A DNA stretch of 34,977 nt, from contig CAIRSV010000270.1 in NCBI GenBank assembly GCA_903881265.1, positions 1 through 34,977 of the forward strand, in the 5' to 3' direction. The position numbers and the translations under genes are program-made. The DNA is from an uncultured Bacteroidota bacterium (GTDB lineage: Bacteria; Bacteroidota; Bacteroidia; Chitinophagales; Chitinophagaceae). Of this stretch, positions 27,271 to 34,977 are shown piece by piece. The notes under the pieces are model-generated. The model had not been told where the DNA came from and searched no databases. It saw only the letters and a program-made list of their open reading frames with translations. Every line of letters starts with the position of its first letter. Position 1 is the first letter of the stretch.

Positions 27271-29277
27271 ATGAATTTACTGACCCATGAGACGTCCCCC
27301 TATTTGCTACAGCATGCTGGTAATCCTGTCCATTGGATGCCTTGGGGAAAGGAAGCTTTTCTAAAAGCTGCTGCAGAAAATAAACCGGTATTGGTCAGCA
27401 TCGGTTATTCATCTTGTCATTGGTGTCATGTGATGGAACATGAAAGTTTTGAAGATCAGGAAACGGCTGATTTAATGAATACACTATTTATCAATATCAA
27501 AGTTGATCGTGAAGAATATCCTGATGTTGATCATGTGTATATGGATGCCGTACAAGCTATGACGGGCAGTGGGGGATGGCCTTTGAATGTATTTTTGACA
27601 CCCGATAAGAAGCCATTTTATGGGGGCACGTATTTTCCTCCGGTTCGTGCGCATGGTCGAGCATCATGGAGGGAAGTGCTGATGAATGTATCGCAATATT
27701 TTACACAAAACAGAGAAGATGTTGAGACGCAATCGTCAACCTTAACGGAACATCTCAAGCAAAGTTCGCAGATAGGCAATGTGAAAGATACGTCGGTTGA
27801 AGAGCCTAGTCGTGTTTGTGAAGACATAAAAAATAAGTTGCTTGCCAATGCGGATAGTGAGCACGGTGGTTTTGGTGTCGCGCCAAAATTTCCATCCACC
27901 TTCAGTATCAAGTTTTTATTGAATCATTATGTGTTATATGGCGATGAAGCCTCGTTGAAGCAGGCACTTCGTTCGCTCGATAAAATGATGATGGGTGGTA
28001 TCTATGATCAAATTGGCGGTGGCTTTGCACGCTATAGCACAGACACATATTGGATAGCGCCTCACTTTGAAAAGATGTTGTACGATAATGCGCTGTTGAT
28101 TGACGTTTATGCCATCGCCTATACAATCACCAAAAACGAATCGTATAGACAAGTAATTGATGAAACAATAGCATGGCTGCGAAGGGAAATGACAAGTCAT
28201 GAAGGTGGTTTTTATTCGGCACAAGATGCAGACAGTGAGGGAGAGGAAGGGAAGTATTATACTTGGAGCGCCGCCGAATTGAACGAAATTCTAGACGATG
28301 AGTATGAATGGTTTGCTGCGTATTATCATGTCAGCGAAATGGGTAATTGGGAGCATACGAATATTTTATACAGCACCTATGAAAGTCAATCTACTCTTTC
28401 TGAAAATCATCGAACGAAATTGAAGGCCATTCATACGAAACTTATTGATTACAGAAATCTTCGAATAAAACCAATGACCGATGATAAGATGCTCTTAGGT
28501 TGGAATGCCTTGATGAATAAGGCGTTGGTGCGTGCGTATCTTTCAACTGAACAAATAGAGTACTTGCATCTTGCCGAACAGAATATGGCATTCTTATTGA
28601 AAAGTTATCACAGTAGTGCGCATCTTTATTTTCATACATACAGACTTGGAGAAGCTAAAATTCCGGCATACGCCGATGATTTGGCCTTTCTCGCTGATGC
28701 ATTAATTTCTTTAGGGAATGCAACTGCAGAAACGTCGTATCTATTGAAGGCGAAAGAGATAGCAGATTATATGAACAGTTTTTTTTCAAGTGATGAACAT
28801 GGTATGTATCAATTTGTGCATGCTAATTTTTTACAGGTTGACATTAACAAACAAGAGATTTACGATGGTGCCATTCCTTCTCCGAATGCAGTGATGTGTG
28901 ATGTTACAAACCAGTTGTCCTACATTTTTCAGGAAGATAGGTATCGAATCAGAAGCCAAAAAATGCGCACGCATGTCGCTTCAGTCTTTAAACAATATCC
29001 AGGGTCTTTTGGTCTCTGGTGTGCTGCATATCAAAATCAGTCTCAACCCTTCAAGGAAGTTCTTCTAAGCGGTAATAGCGCGATGGAATATTATCGAGCG
29101 CTGCATACCAAAAAGTATCAGCCTGCCGTTATGTACATCACGTCAAACAAGAAAGAAGAAAAGATTGCAAGTCTACTTGGGAAATATCAGGAAGGGGAGA
29201 CGCTGATTTATATCTGCAATGAATTTAATTGTTTGGAACCATTAAGAGACGTAAACATGGCGTTCACCGAAATTTAG
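27271..29277 (+). CDS. Thioredoxin-domain (DUF255) protein with a C-terminal six-hairpin glycosidase-like/N-acylglucosamine-epimerase-like domain (YyaL/SPATA20 family)
   Basis: N-terminal [18 protein letters not shown] and [15 protein letters not shown], and a length of about 670 aa typical of the family. Confidence 0.85.
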   Translation: MNLLTHETSPYLLQHAGNPVHWMPWGKEAFLKAAAENKPVLVSIGYSSCHWCHVMEHESFEDQETADLMNTLFINIKVDREEYPDVDHVYMDAVQAMTGSGGWPLNVFLTPDKKPFYGGTYFPPVRAHGRASWREVLMNVSQYFTQNREDVETQSSTLTEHLKQSSQIGNVKDTSVEEPSRVCEDIKNKLLANADSEHGGFGVAPKFPSTFSIKFLLNHYVLYGDEASLKQALRSLDKMMMGGIYDQIGGGFARYSTDTYWIAPHFEKMLYDNALLIDVYAIAYTITKNESYRQVIDETIAWLRREMTSHEGGFYSAQDADSEGEEGKYYTWSAAELNEILDDEYEWFAAYYHVSEMGNWEHTNILYSTYESQSTLSENHRTKLKAIHTKLIDYRNLRIKPMTDDKMLLGWNALMNKALVRAYLSTEQIEYLHLAEQNMAFLLKSYHSSAHLYFHTYRLGEAKIPAYADDLAFLADALISLGNATAETSYLLKAKEIADYMNSFFSSDEHGMYQFVHANFLQVDINKQEIYDGAIPSPNAVMCDVTNQLSYIFQEDRYRIRSQKMRTHVASVFKQYPGSFGLWCAAYQNQSQPFKEVLLSGNSAMEYYRALHTKKYQPAVMYITSNKKEEKIASLLGKYQEGETLIYICNEFNCLEPLRDVNMAFTEI

Positions 29278-29454
29278 AAGCACAGGTTTTGATTTCCGAT
29301 TAAAATAGTCTTGATTTGACCATCGAAGGTTTTGAATTGATACCCATCTATGTTGTATGACAAATCGGTATCTTTTCCAAATTAAAGATAAAATAAAATA
29401 ATTTTGAGAAATTTTATGCAAGATTTAAAATATCATATATATATTGTGCAGGTA

Positions 29455-29485
29455 TTTGAATTAACATAATTAATTAATACATTTG
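29455..29485 (+). promoter_or_regulatory. Bacteroidota-type promoter for gldK (-33 TTTG at 29455..29458, -7 TACATTTG at 29478..29485)
   Basis: Exact TAnnTTTG with a TTTG 19 nt upstream. The -7 box ends 28 nt upstream of the gldK ATG. Lies in a 236-bp AT-rich spacer. Confidence 0.5.
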
Positions 29486-29513
29486 CCTTCTTGTATAAAA
29501 TAATAAACGGATT

Positions 29514-30797
29514 ATGATGAAACAATTTTCGTTAAGAATAGTAGCATTAGGACTCATTGTCACAGCTTGGGGTTGTGGTGGTGTTGGGCCTCAAGGTCAA
29601 GTAGTTGGTACCACGAATAAAGTGAATAATCCAACGACGCCTTCTCCTGTCGGAATGACATGGGTGCCTTCTGGTGTAATGCACATGGGGTCGAGCGATC
29701 AGGACCTTAGGAACGCAAACGATGTGAAAAACCGAACCGTACAAATGGTTGGTTTTTTCATGGATGCAACCGAAATTTCAAATTCCGAATACCGTCAATT
29801 TGTAGACTGGGTAAGGGATTCAACAGCGCACACCGTTATAGGTGATTTGAAAGATAATGAAGACGGATCGCAATCTGTTGACTGGAAGAAAAAAATAAAA
29901 TGGGCTGCAGAAGAAACGCAAGACGCCTTGGCTGCGTATTACATTCCTGCATCAGAAAGTATCTGGGGTAAAAAAGAGTTCGACAACCAAAAGTTAGTTT
30001 ACTCGTATGAAACCTTTGATTACGATCAAATGGCTAGAAGTTACAAGCAAGGTCAAGCGCAAGCAAGAACTACATTTTTGACGAAGTACAATCCAATTAT
30101 CTACCCTGATACAACTGTGTGGATGAAAATGTTCTCGTATTCGTATAACGAACCAATTACGCATCAATATTTTTGGTTCCCATCCTTCAATCAATATCCA
30201 GTTGTCGGGGTGACTTGGTATCAAGCCAATGCGTTTTCTCACTGGCGTACAAAATACTGGAGATCGTATAGAGATTCAAAAAAACAATTCTTAGAAGGTG
30301 AATTCCGTTTACCTAGTGAAGAGCAATGGGAATGGGCTGCCCGCGGTGGTCGTGCTCAATCGCCTTATCCATGGGGCGGACCATATGTGGTTAATAAGAA
30401 AGGATGTTACTTAGCTAACTTTAAACCAAATCGTGGTAATTATAGCGCTGATGGCGGTTTATATACAGTGCCTGTCAATGCCTATCACCCTAATGACTAT
30501 GGTTTGTACAACATGAGTGGGAACGTAGCTGAATGGACAAATTCTCCTTATCAAGCGAATACCTATGATAATATCGCGGATATGTCACCTGAAATCAGAA
30601 TGCGCTTTAAGGATTCTGATCCTACATGGTGGAAGAGAAAAGTGATCCGTGGAGGAAGTTGGAAGGATGTGGTAAGTGCAATACAAGTAAGTGCAAGAGA
30701 TTATGAATTTGCGGATACTGCCAAGGCATTTGTCGGATTCAGAAATATTGTACAATACCTTCAACCTGCTTTAACGAACCGTAGACCAAGAAAATAA
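29514..30797 (+). CDS. gldK: Type IX secretion / gliding motility lipoprotein GldK (PorK), FGE-sulfatase-fold
   Basis: Lipoprotein signal ...VTAWGCGG. SUMF1/FGE-like domain (GVTWYQANAFSHW, EEQWEWAARGG, NVAEWT, IRGGSW). First gene of the gldKLMN order. Confidence 0.92.
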   Translation: MMKQFSLRIVALGLIVTAWGCGGVGPQGQVVGTTNKVNNPTTPSPVGMTWVPSGVMHMGSSDQDLRNANDVKNRTVQMVGFFMDATEISNSEYRQFVDWVRDSTAHTVIGDLKDNEDGSQSVDWKKKIKWAAEETQDALAAYYIPASESIWGKKEFDNQKLVYSYETFDYDQMARSYKQGQAQARTTFLTKYNPIIYPDTTVWMKMFSYSYNEPITHQYFWFPSFNQYPVVGVTWYQANAFSHWRTKYWRSYRDSKKQFLEGEFRLPSEEQWEWAARGGRAQSPYPWGGPYVVNKKGCYLANFKPNRGNYSADGGLYTVPVNAYHPNDYGLYNMSGNVAEWTNSPYQANTYDNIADMSPEIRMRFKDSDPTWWKRKVIRGGSWKDVVSAIQVSARDYEFADTAKAFVGFRNIVQYLQPALTNRRPRK

Positions 30798-30840
30798 TAG
30801 CACACTACATACTAAATAAAAAAATCAATATACAAAGGAC

Positions 30841-31674
30841 ATGAGATCAATAGCGATGTTTTTCGAAACTAACAAAGGTAAATATTTAAAAAACTTAATC
30901 ATTGGTTTAGGTGCGTCAGTCGTACTTATTGGAGCCCTTGCAAAGTTGCAACACTGGTCATGGGCTGGACCAGCCTTGATTGTTGGGATGAGTACCGAGG
31001 CGTTCATTTTTGCCATTTTAGGTTTACTTCCTCCACATAGAGATTACTATTGGGAAAAATATTATCCAGGATTAGACGAGAATCCTCATGTAGAAGCCTA
31101 TAAAAAAGGAATTAAATTTCAACCTACGCCAGTTGGTGGAGGAGGTGTTGGAACTTCAGCCACTGCGCAAATGGATAAGATGTTGGAAGAAGCCAATATG
31201 AATCCTGCCAACTTGAAAAAACTAAGCGACAACTTTACTAAATTTGGAGAAACAGTTAATCAAATCAAAGATATTACGCATGTAACGTCTGCTACGAATG
31301 ATTATGCAGCCAAAGCGAAAGAAGCAACATCTGCGTTAGGTCAAATGAAAGATACATTCCTAGGAGCTTCTGCAACCTTAGCGTCTTTCAACAATGCAGC
31401 GGATGAAACATCTAAGTTTCATAGTCAAGTTACGACATTGACAAAGAATCTAGGTTCTTTAAATCAGATTTATGAAGTGGAATTGCAGGATGCCAATAAC
31501 CACTTGAAAGCAATGAACAAATTCTACAGTAATTTAGTAAATGCTTCTGAAGCAATGCAAAATAGTGCCGATGATGCGAATAAGGCCAAAGAACAAATAG
31601 GTTTATTAGCGAAGAATCTTGGAACATTAAACCAAGTTTATGGCAATATGCTTAGTGCGATGCAAGGACGTTAG
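30841..31674 (+). CDS. gldL: T9SS/gliding motor protein GldL (PorL)
   Basis: Two N-terminal TM helices (LIIGLGASVVLIGALAKLQHW and GPALIVGMSTEAFIFAILGLL). A cytoplasmic helical region with repeated KNLGSLNQIYE / KNLGTLNQVYGNMLSAM. The start could instead be the ATG at 30856. Confidence 0.9.
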   Translation: MRSIAMFFETNKGKYLKNLIIGLGASVVLIGALAKLQHWSWAGPALIVGMSTEAFIFAILGLLPPHRDYYWEKYYPGLDENPHVEAYKKGIKFQPTPVGGGGVGTSATAQMDKMLEEANMNPANLKKLSDNFTKFGETVNQIKDITHVTSATNDYAAKAKEATSALGQMKDTFLGASATLASFNNAADETSKFHSQVTTLTKNLGSLNQIYEVELQDANNHLKAMNKFYSNLVNASEAMQNSADDANKAKEQIGLLAKNLGTLNQVYGNMLSAMQGR

Positions 31675-31733
31675 AAGAGAGTGGAATAGAGAGGAGTGTA
31701 AATAAAATTATTAAAAGAAAATATTCATAAAGA

Positions 31734-33368
31734 ATGTCTTTACCTAAAGAACCCCGGCAGTTAATGATTAACCTCATGTATTTGGTGTTAACTGCCCTGT
31801 TAGCAATGAATGTGTCGAGTGAAATTTTAAATGCGTTTAGGATAGTTGATAGAAGTATTAACAGGTCGAGTAAAAATACGGATGAAAAAAATGAGGCTAC
31901 GATTGAGAATTTTAAGTTGCAATTGGAGGATCCTAAAATAAAAAGTGATCCAGTTAAGTTTAAAAAAGTGTCAGATTATTTAGTGTTGGCAGAAAAAGCT
32001 ACCGCTATGCGTAAGGTAATTGAGGCTGATCTTGAAGAGTACAAAAAGTTGATCATAGAACATGCAGGAGGCATCGATCCAGAAACAAATGATATACTTC
32101 GAAGAGATGACTTAGATGCGGCAACCGCTATCATGGTTGAAGGACCTCGAAAAGGAGTTGAGATGTTGTCTAAATTACAAAAGTTTAAAGCGGAGTTAGC
32201 TGCACTTGTTCCAACAGGAGAAGATATTCTTAGTTTGTCTGGTAAGAATGAGAATATGGAAAAAATGCTGCCATTAAATTTTGAAGTTGAGGCAAGCGAA
32301 ACGAATGTAAATAAAGATTGGAGTTATGGTAATTTTAATATGGTGCCGGCTGCCGGCGCAATTACCATCATGGATAAATATATCAATGACGTAAAAAATT
32401 CGGAGGCTGCTGTCATTGATGAAATTTGGGCCAAAGCGTTTGGTGAAAAGTTAAAAAAACAATTGGTCTTCAAGGATTACGCCCTGCTTATTTCTTCGCC
32501 GAATACATACTTGTTGCCAGGAGAAAAATACACGGCTGAAATTATGTTAGGTGCGTATAATAAAACGTCTAACAACTTAAGTATTAAGGTTAACGGTCAA
32601 ACCTTGGCGGTAAAAGATGGTATTGCAACCTATACAGCCACGGCTACTGGTAAAGGAGAGCAAACCATCAATGTGACGGCTTCTTATACAGATCCTAATG
32701 AAGACAATGCTGTAAAGAGTTATACCAATAAGGCGTCTTACTTTATAGGTGAAGCTCAAGCAACGATATCGTTGGATAAAATGAATGTATTCTATATTGG
32801 TGTTGACAATCCAATTACGTTTTCTGCCTCTGGTATTCCAGCGGGTAACCTAACCTACACATCTGATAATTGTACCTTGGCTAAGGCGGATGGCGTTAAT
32901 AAGTATACTGTGACTGTTGCAACAGGTACAGCAGGTAAAAAAGCAATCATTCGTTTGTCAGGTAAATTGGGTGACGGAACAACAAAAGATTTTGGAACTT
33001 ACGAGTATAGAATCAAGAATATTCCTGATCCATATCCTCAAATTGCCAACAAGCGTGGAGGCGGAATTGCTGCAAGTGAGTTAAGAGTGCAGGAAGCAAT
33101 CTTTGCTAAATTAGATAATTTTGATTTTGAAGCGAAATTTACCGTAGTTTCGTACGATGTTACGTATCAGAAGAAACGATCAACTGAATTGGAGATTTAC
33201 TCATCTGGTACGCAATATCTGACTGGAGCTAGCGCAATGAAATCAATCGATGAAGTATTGCAAAAAGCACGAATAGGAGATAGAATTTATTTTGAAAATA
33301 TTAAAGCAATTGGACCAGATAAAAGAGTACGTTCAATTGGCTCAGTGAATTTTACGATTAACAACTAA
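31734..33368 (+). CDS. gldM: T9SS/gliding motor protein GldM (PorM)
   Basis: N-terminal signature PRQLMINLMYLVLTALLAMNVS (single TM) followed by a long periplasmic region. Third gene of the gldKLMN order. Confidence 0.92.
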   Translation: MSLPKEPRQLMINLMYLVLTALLAMNVSSEILNAFRIVDRSINRSSKNTDEKNEATIENFKLQLEDPKIKSDPVKFKKVSDYLVLAEKATAMRKVIEADLEEYKKLIIEHAGGIDPETNDILRRDDLDAATAIMVEGPRKGVEMLSKLQKFKAELAALVPTGEDILSLSGKNENMEKMLPLNFEVEASETNVNKDWSYGNFNMVPAAGAITIMDKYINDVKNSEAAVIDEIWAKAFGEKLKKQLVFKDYALLISSPNTYLLPGEKYTAEIMLGAYNKTSNNLSIKVNGQTLAVKDGIATYTATATGKGEQTINVTASYTDPNEDNAVKSYTNKASYFIGEAQATISLDKMNVFYIGVDNPITFSASGIPAGNLTYTSDNCTLAKADGVNKYTVTVATGTAGKKAIIRLSGKLGDGTTKDFGTYEYRIKNIPDPYPQIANKRGGGIAASELRVQEAIFAKLDNFDFEAKFTVVSYDVTYQKKRSTELEIYSSGTQYLTGASAMKSIDEVLQKARIGDRIYFENIKAIGPDKRVRSIGSVNFTINN

Positions 33369-33393
33369 CATTAAAAACCAACTTCTACACATT

Positions 33394-34311
33394 ATGGGAG
33401 TATTCAATAAAACTACATTGATTTTCGCCGGTCTTCTGATGACTGCCGGTGCAGCAATTGCTCAACCTGGTGGTCAGCCAGCGATTGGTGTTGGCGATCC
33501 TAACACAAGCAGCACAGGTGGTTATGTTAACAGTTCTTGGAAACCATCGTTGCGTAAGGATGGTGCCGTAGATATAGTTGAGCATAATAATTACTTGACG
33601 CCTTGGCAGCCAATTCGTGAAGCTGATGTTCTTTGGAAAAAAAGAGTATGGATGGAAATTGATACACGTCAAAAACAAAACTTCGCTTTCCGCTATGCTG
33701 GAGATGAAGAAAGTGGTGGCGGTATGTATATAGAGATTTTGATTGACGCCATTAAAAATGGTAAAGTGACTGCTTTTAGTGATGATCGCTTTTCTGTCCA
33801 AATGGATGCCAATGATGTATTGAAATTGTTGTCTCCACCTCCAGATACTACCTATAGAGAGCGTGTAGACGGAACAATGGAAATGATTGTTGTAAAAAAA
33901 GATTGGAATCCTGAAACCATTACAAAATACAGACTGAAAGAAGATGTAATCTTCGATAAGAATGTCGGTAGAATGGTACATAGAATCATTGGTATCGCAC
34001 CTTATAAAGATATCTTGAATGAAGATAATTCATATCGTGGATCAACGCGACTATTTTGGTTGCACTACGAAGATATTCGTTCTATTAATGTGAAATACGA
34101 AGTCTATAATCCTGAAAATGATGTGTATCGTATGACGTGGGATGATTTCTTTGAAAAACGTCACTTTTCGTCTTATGTTTTGAAATCTACGTTTGATAAT
34201 ATCTTACAAGAAGACATTAGTAATAGTAAAAAAGGAATTGACAAGATGTACGAGTCAGAAGAAATTAAAGAGAAAATGTTTAATAAAGAACACGATCTTT
34301 GGGTATACTAG
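33394..34311 (+). CDS. gldN: T9SS/gliding periplasmic ring protein GldN (PorN)
   Basis: Signal peptide ...AGAAIAQP, about 300 aa, and position immediately after gldM. Contains WKKRVWMEIDTRQKQN-type sequence. Confidence 0.88.
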   Translation: MGVFNKTTLIFAGLLMTAGAAIAQPGGQPAIGVGDPNTSSTGGYVNSSWKPSLRKDGAVDIVEHNNYLTPWQPIREADVLWKKRVWMEIDTRQKQNFAFRYAGDEESGGGMYIEILIDAIKNGKVTAFSDDRFSVQMDANDVLKLLSPPPDTTYRERVDGTMEMIVVKKDWNPETITKYRLKEDVIFDKNVGRMVHRIIGIAPYKDILNEDNSYRGSTRLFWLHYEDIRSINVKYEVYNPENDVYRMTWDDFFEKRHFSSYVLKSTFDNILQEDISNSKKGIDKMYESEEIKEKMFNKEHDLWVY

Positions 34312-34330
34312 TCAATGACTATAACCGCAT

Positions 34331-34364
34331 AAAAAAAACCATCAATTCGTTGATGGTTTTTTTT
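34331..34364. terminator. Bidirectional rho-independent terminator between gldN and the convergent GT2 gene
   Basis: AAAAAAAA-CCATCAA-TTCG-TTGATGG-TTTTTTTT: a perfect 7-bp stem with a tetraloop, flanked by A8 and T8. Confidence 0.9.
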
Positions 34365-34392
34365 ATGACTATGATCGTTAGTGTTGCACAGA

Positions 34393-34977
34393 TTAATACA
34401 AAGGACTCTTTTTGATGCCTAACTTATGGAATAAATGGGTAAATGAAACTCGTAACACACCCATGCCATATGTCGCACTACGTCTGAAATTAATACTTGA
34501 GGCATCTTCAAAATATTTTGTTGGACAGGTTATTTCAGCAATCTCATAATTTTTCATGAACACTTGAGACAGCATTTCATTGTCAAAGACAAAGTCATCA
34601 TTGTTATTCATATACTTGATTGACTGTAGCACTTCCTTCGAAAAGGCGCGATAGCCTGTATGGTATTCACTTAGTTTTTGACCAATAAGAACATTTTCAG
34701 TGAATGTTAGCATTCGATTAAACACATATTTATAATACGGCATGCCGCCTCGCAAGGCTCCTTTGCCAAGGATTCTAGAACCGAGCACCACTTGGTAAAG
34801 TTCATTCGCTATGATACTGCACATAGCTGGTATCAGTAGCGGTGTATATTGATAATCAGGGTGCAGCATAACTACGATATCAGCATCAAGCTCTAATGCT
34901 TTGTTATAACAACTTTTTTGGTTGCCACCATATCCTTTATTTTTATCATGTTGAATGATATGTTTAATGCCTAATTG
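34393..34977 (-). CDS. Family 2 glycosyltransferase (C-terminal part; the 5' end lies beyond the right edge)
   Basis: The reading frame stays open upstream of the track's Met. Reverse translation of 34870..34977 gives QLGIKHIIQHDKNKGYGGNQKSCYNKALELDADIVVMLHPDYQY, a typical GT2 core. Confidence 0.8.
   Translation of the reverse strand, partial: QLGIKHIIQHDKNKGYGGNQKSCYNKALELDADIVVMLHPDYQYTPLLIPAMCSIIANELYQVVLGSRILGKGALRGGMPYYKYVFNRMLTFTENVLIGQKLSEYHTGYRAFSKEVLQSIKYMNNNDDFVFDNEMLSQVFMKNYEIAEITCPTKYFEDASSINFRRSATYGMGVLRVSFTHLFHKLGIKKSPLY

Noticed and set aside
31675-31733. Purine-rich GAAGAGAGTGGAATAGAGAGGAGTG between gldL and gldM as a possible Shine-Dalgarno or regulatory element.
   Set aside because: It lies over 30 nt from the gldM ATG, which is too far for a Shine-Dalgarno sequence, and the phylum generally does not rely on Shine-Dalgarno pairing. 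It is a single occurrence with no supporting structure.
1-34977. Search for mobile elements, CRISPR arrays, tRNA/rRNA genes, toxin-antitoxin or defence-type gene pairs, and large inverted or direct repeats flanking an island.
   Set aside because: None was seen. Every ORF over 90 aa that is not antisense noise belongs to a housekeeping family. Intergenic regions are short apart from five spacers of 110-440 bp, none of which has tRNA-like or repeat-spacer structure. By-eye scanning cannot exclude small or diverged repeats, so a computational self-dot-plot would be the definitive check.

Overview
This window looks like an AT-rich chromosomal core region from a member of the Bacteroidota, and I found no convincing undescribed multi-gene system in it. 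The phylum call rests on the gldKLMN genes, the TTTG/TAnnTTTG-type promoter boxes, the A-rich leaders without Shine-Dalgarno sequences, and the ftsX-DUF3098-uppP synteny.

Gene content, left to right:
- A complete, tightly packed dcw (division/cell-wall) cluster on the minus strand, in transcription order mraZ-rsmH-ftsL-ftsI-murE-mraY-murD-ftsW-murG-murC-ftsQ-ftsA-ftsZ. ftsZ runs off the left edge.
- A 439-bp repeat-rich spacer, then a divergent priA.
- A small minus-strand block: a tiny membrane protein, a stand-alone short NuoG-like Fe-S protein, rfbB, a Wzx-like flippase and an M13 metallopeptidase.
- A plus-strand block: ftsX, DUF3098, uppP, tmk and a DUF255 thioredoxin-domain protein.
- The type IX secretion / gliding core operon gldK-gldL-gldM-gldN, followed by a partial family-2 glycosyltransferase at the right edge.

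I saw no rRNA, tRNA, CRISPR array, transposase, integrase or obvious pseudogene.

The best leads are modest:
1. priA appears to lack the roughly 135-aa N-terminal 3'-DNA-binding domain.
2. The mraZ-priA spacer carries one perfect and two near-perfect DnaA boxes about 93 bp apart.
3. The same spacer has four 10-bp-phased TGWGK decamers directly upstream of mraZ, a candidate MraZ operator.
4. The NuoG-like gene sits outside any nuo operon, next to a tiny membrane protein, with a perfect 17-bp palindrome abutting its promoter-like box.

The remaining findings are small repeats and start-codon or leader oddities.
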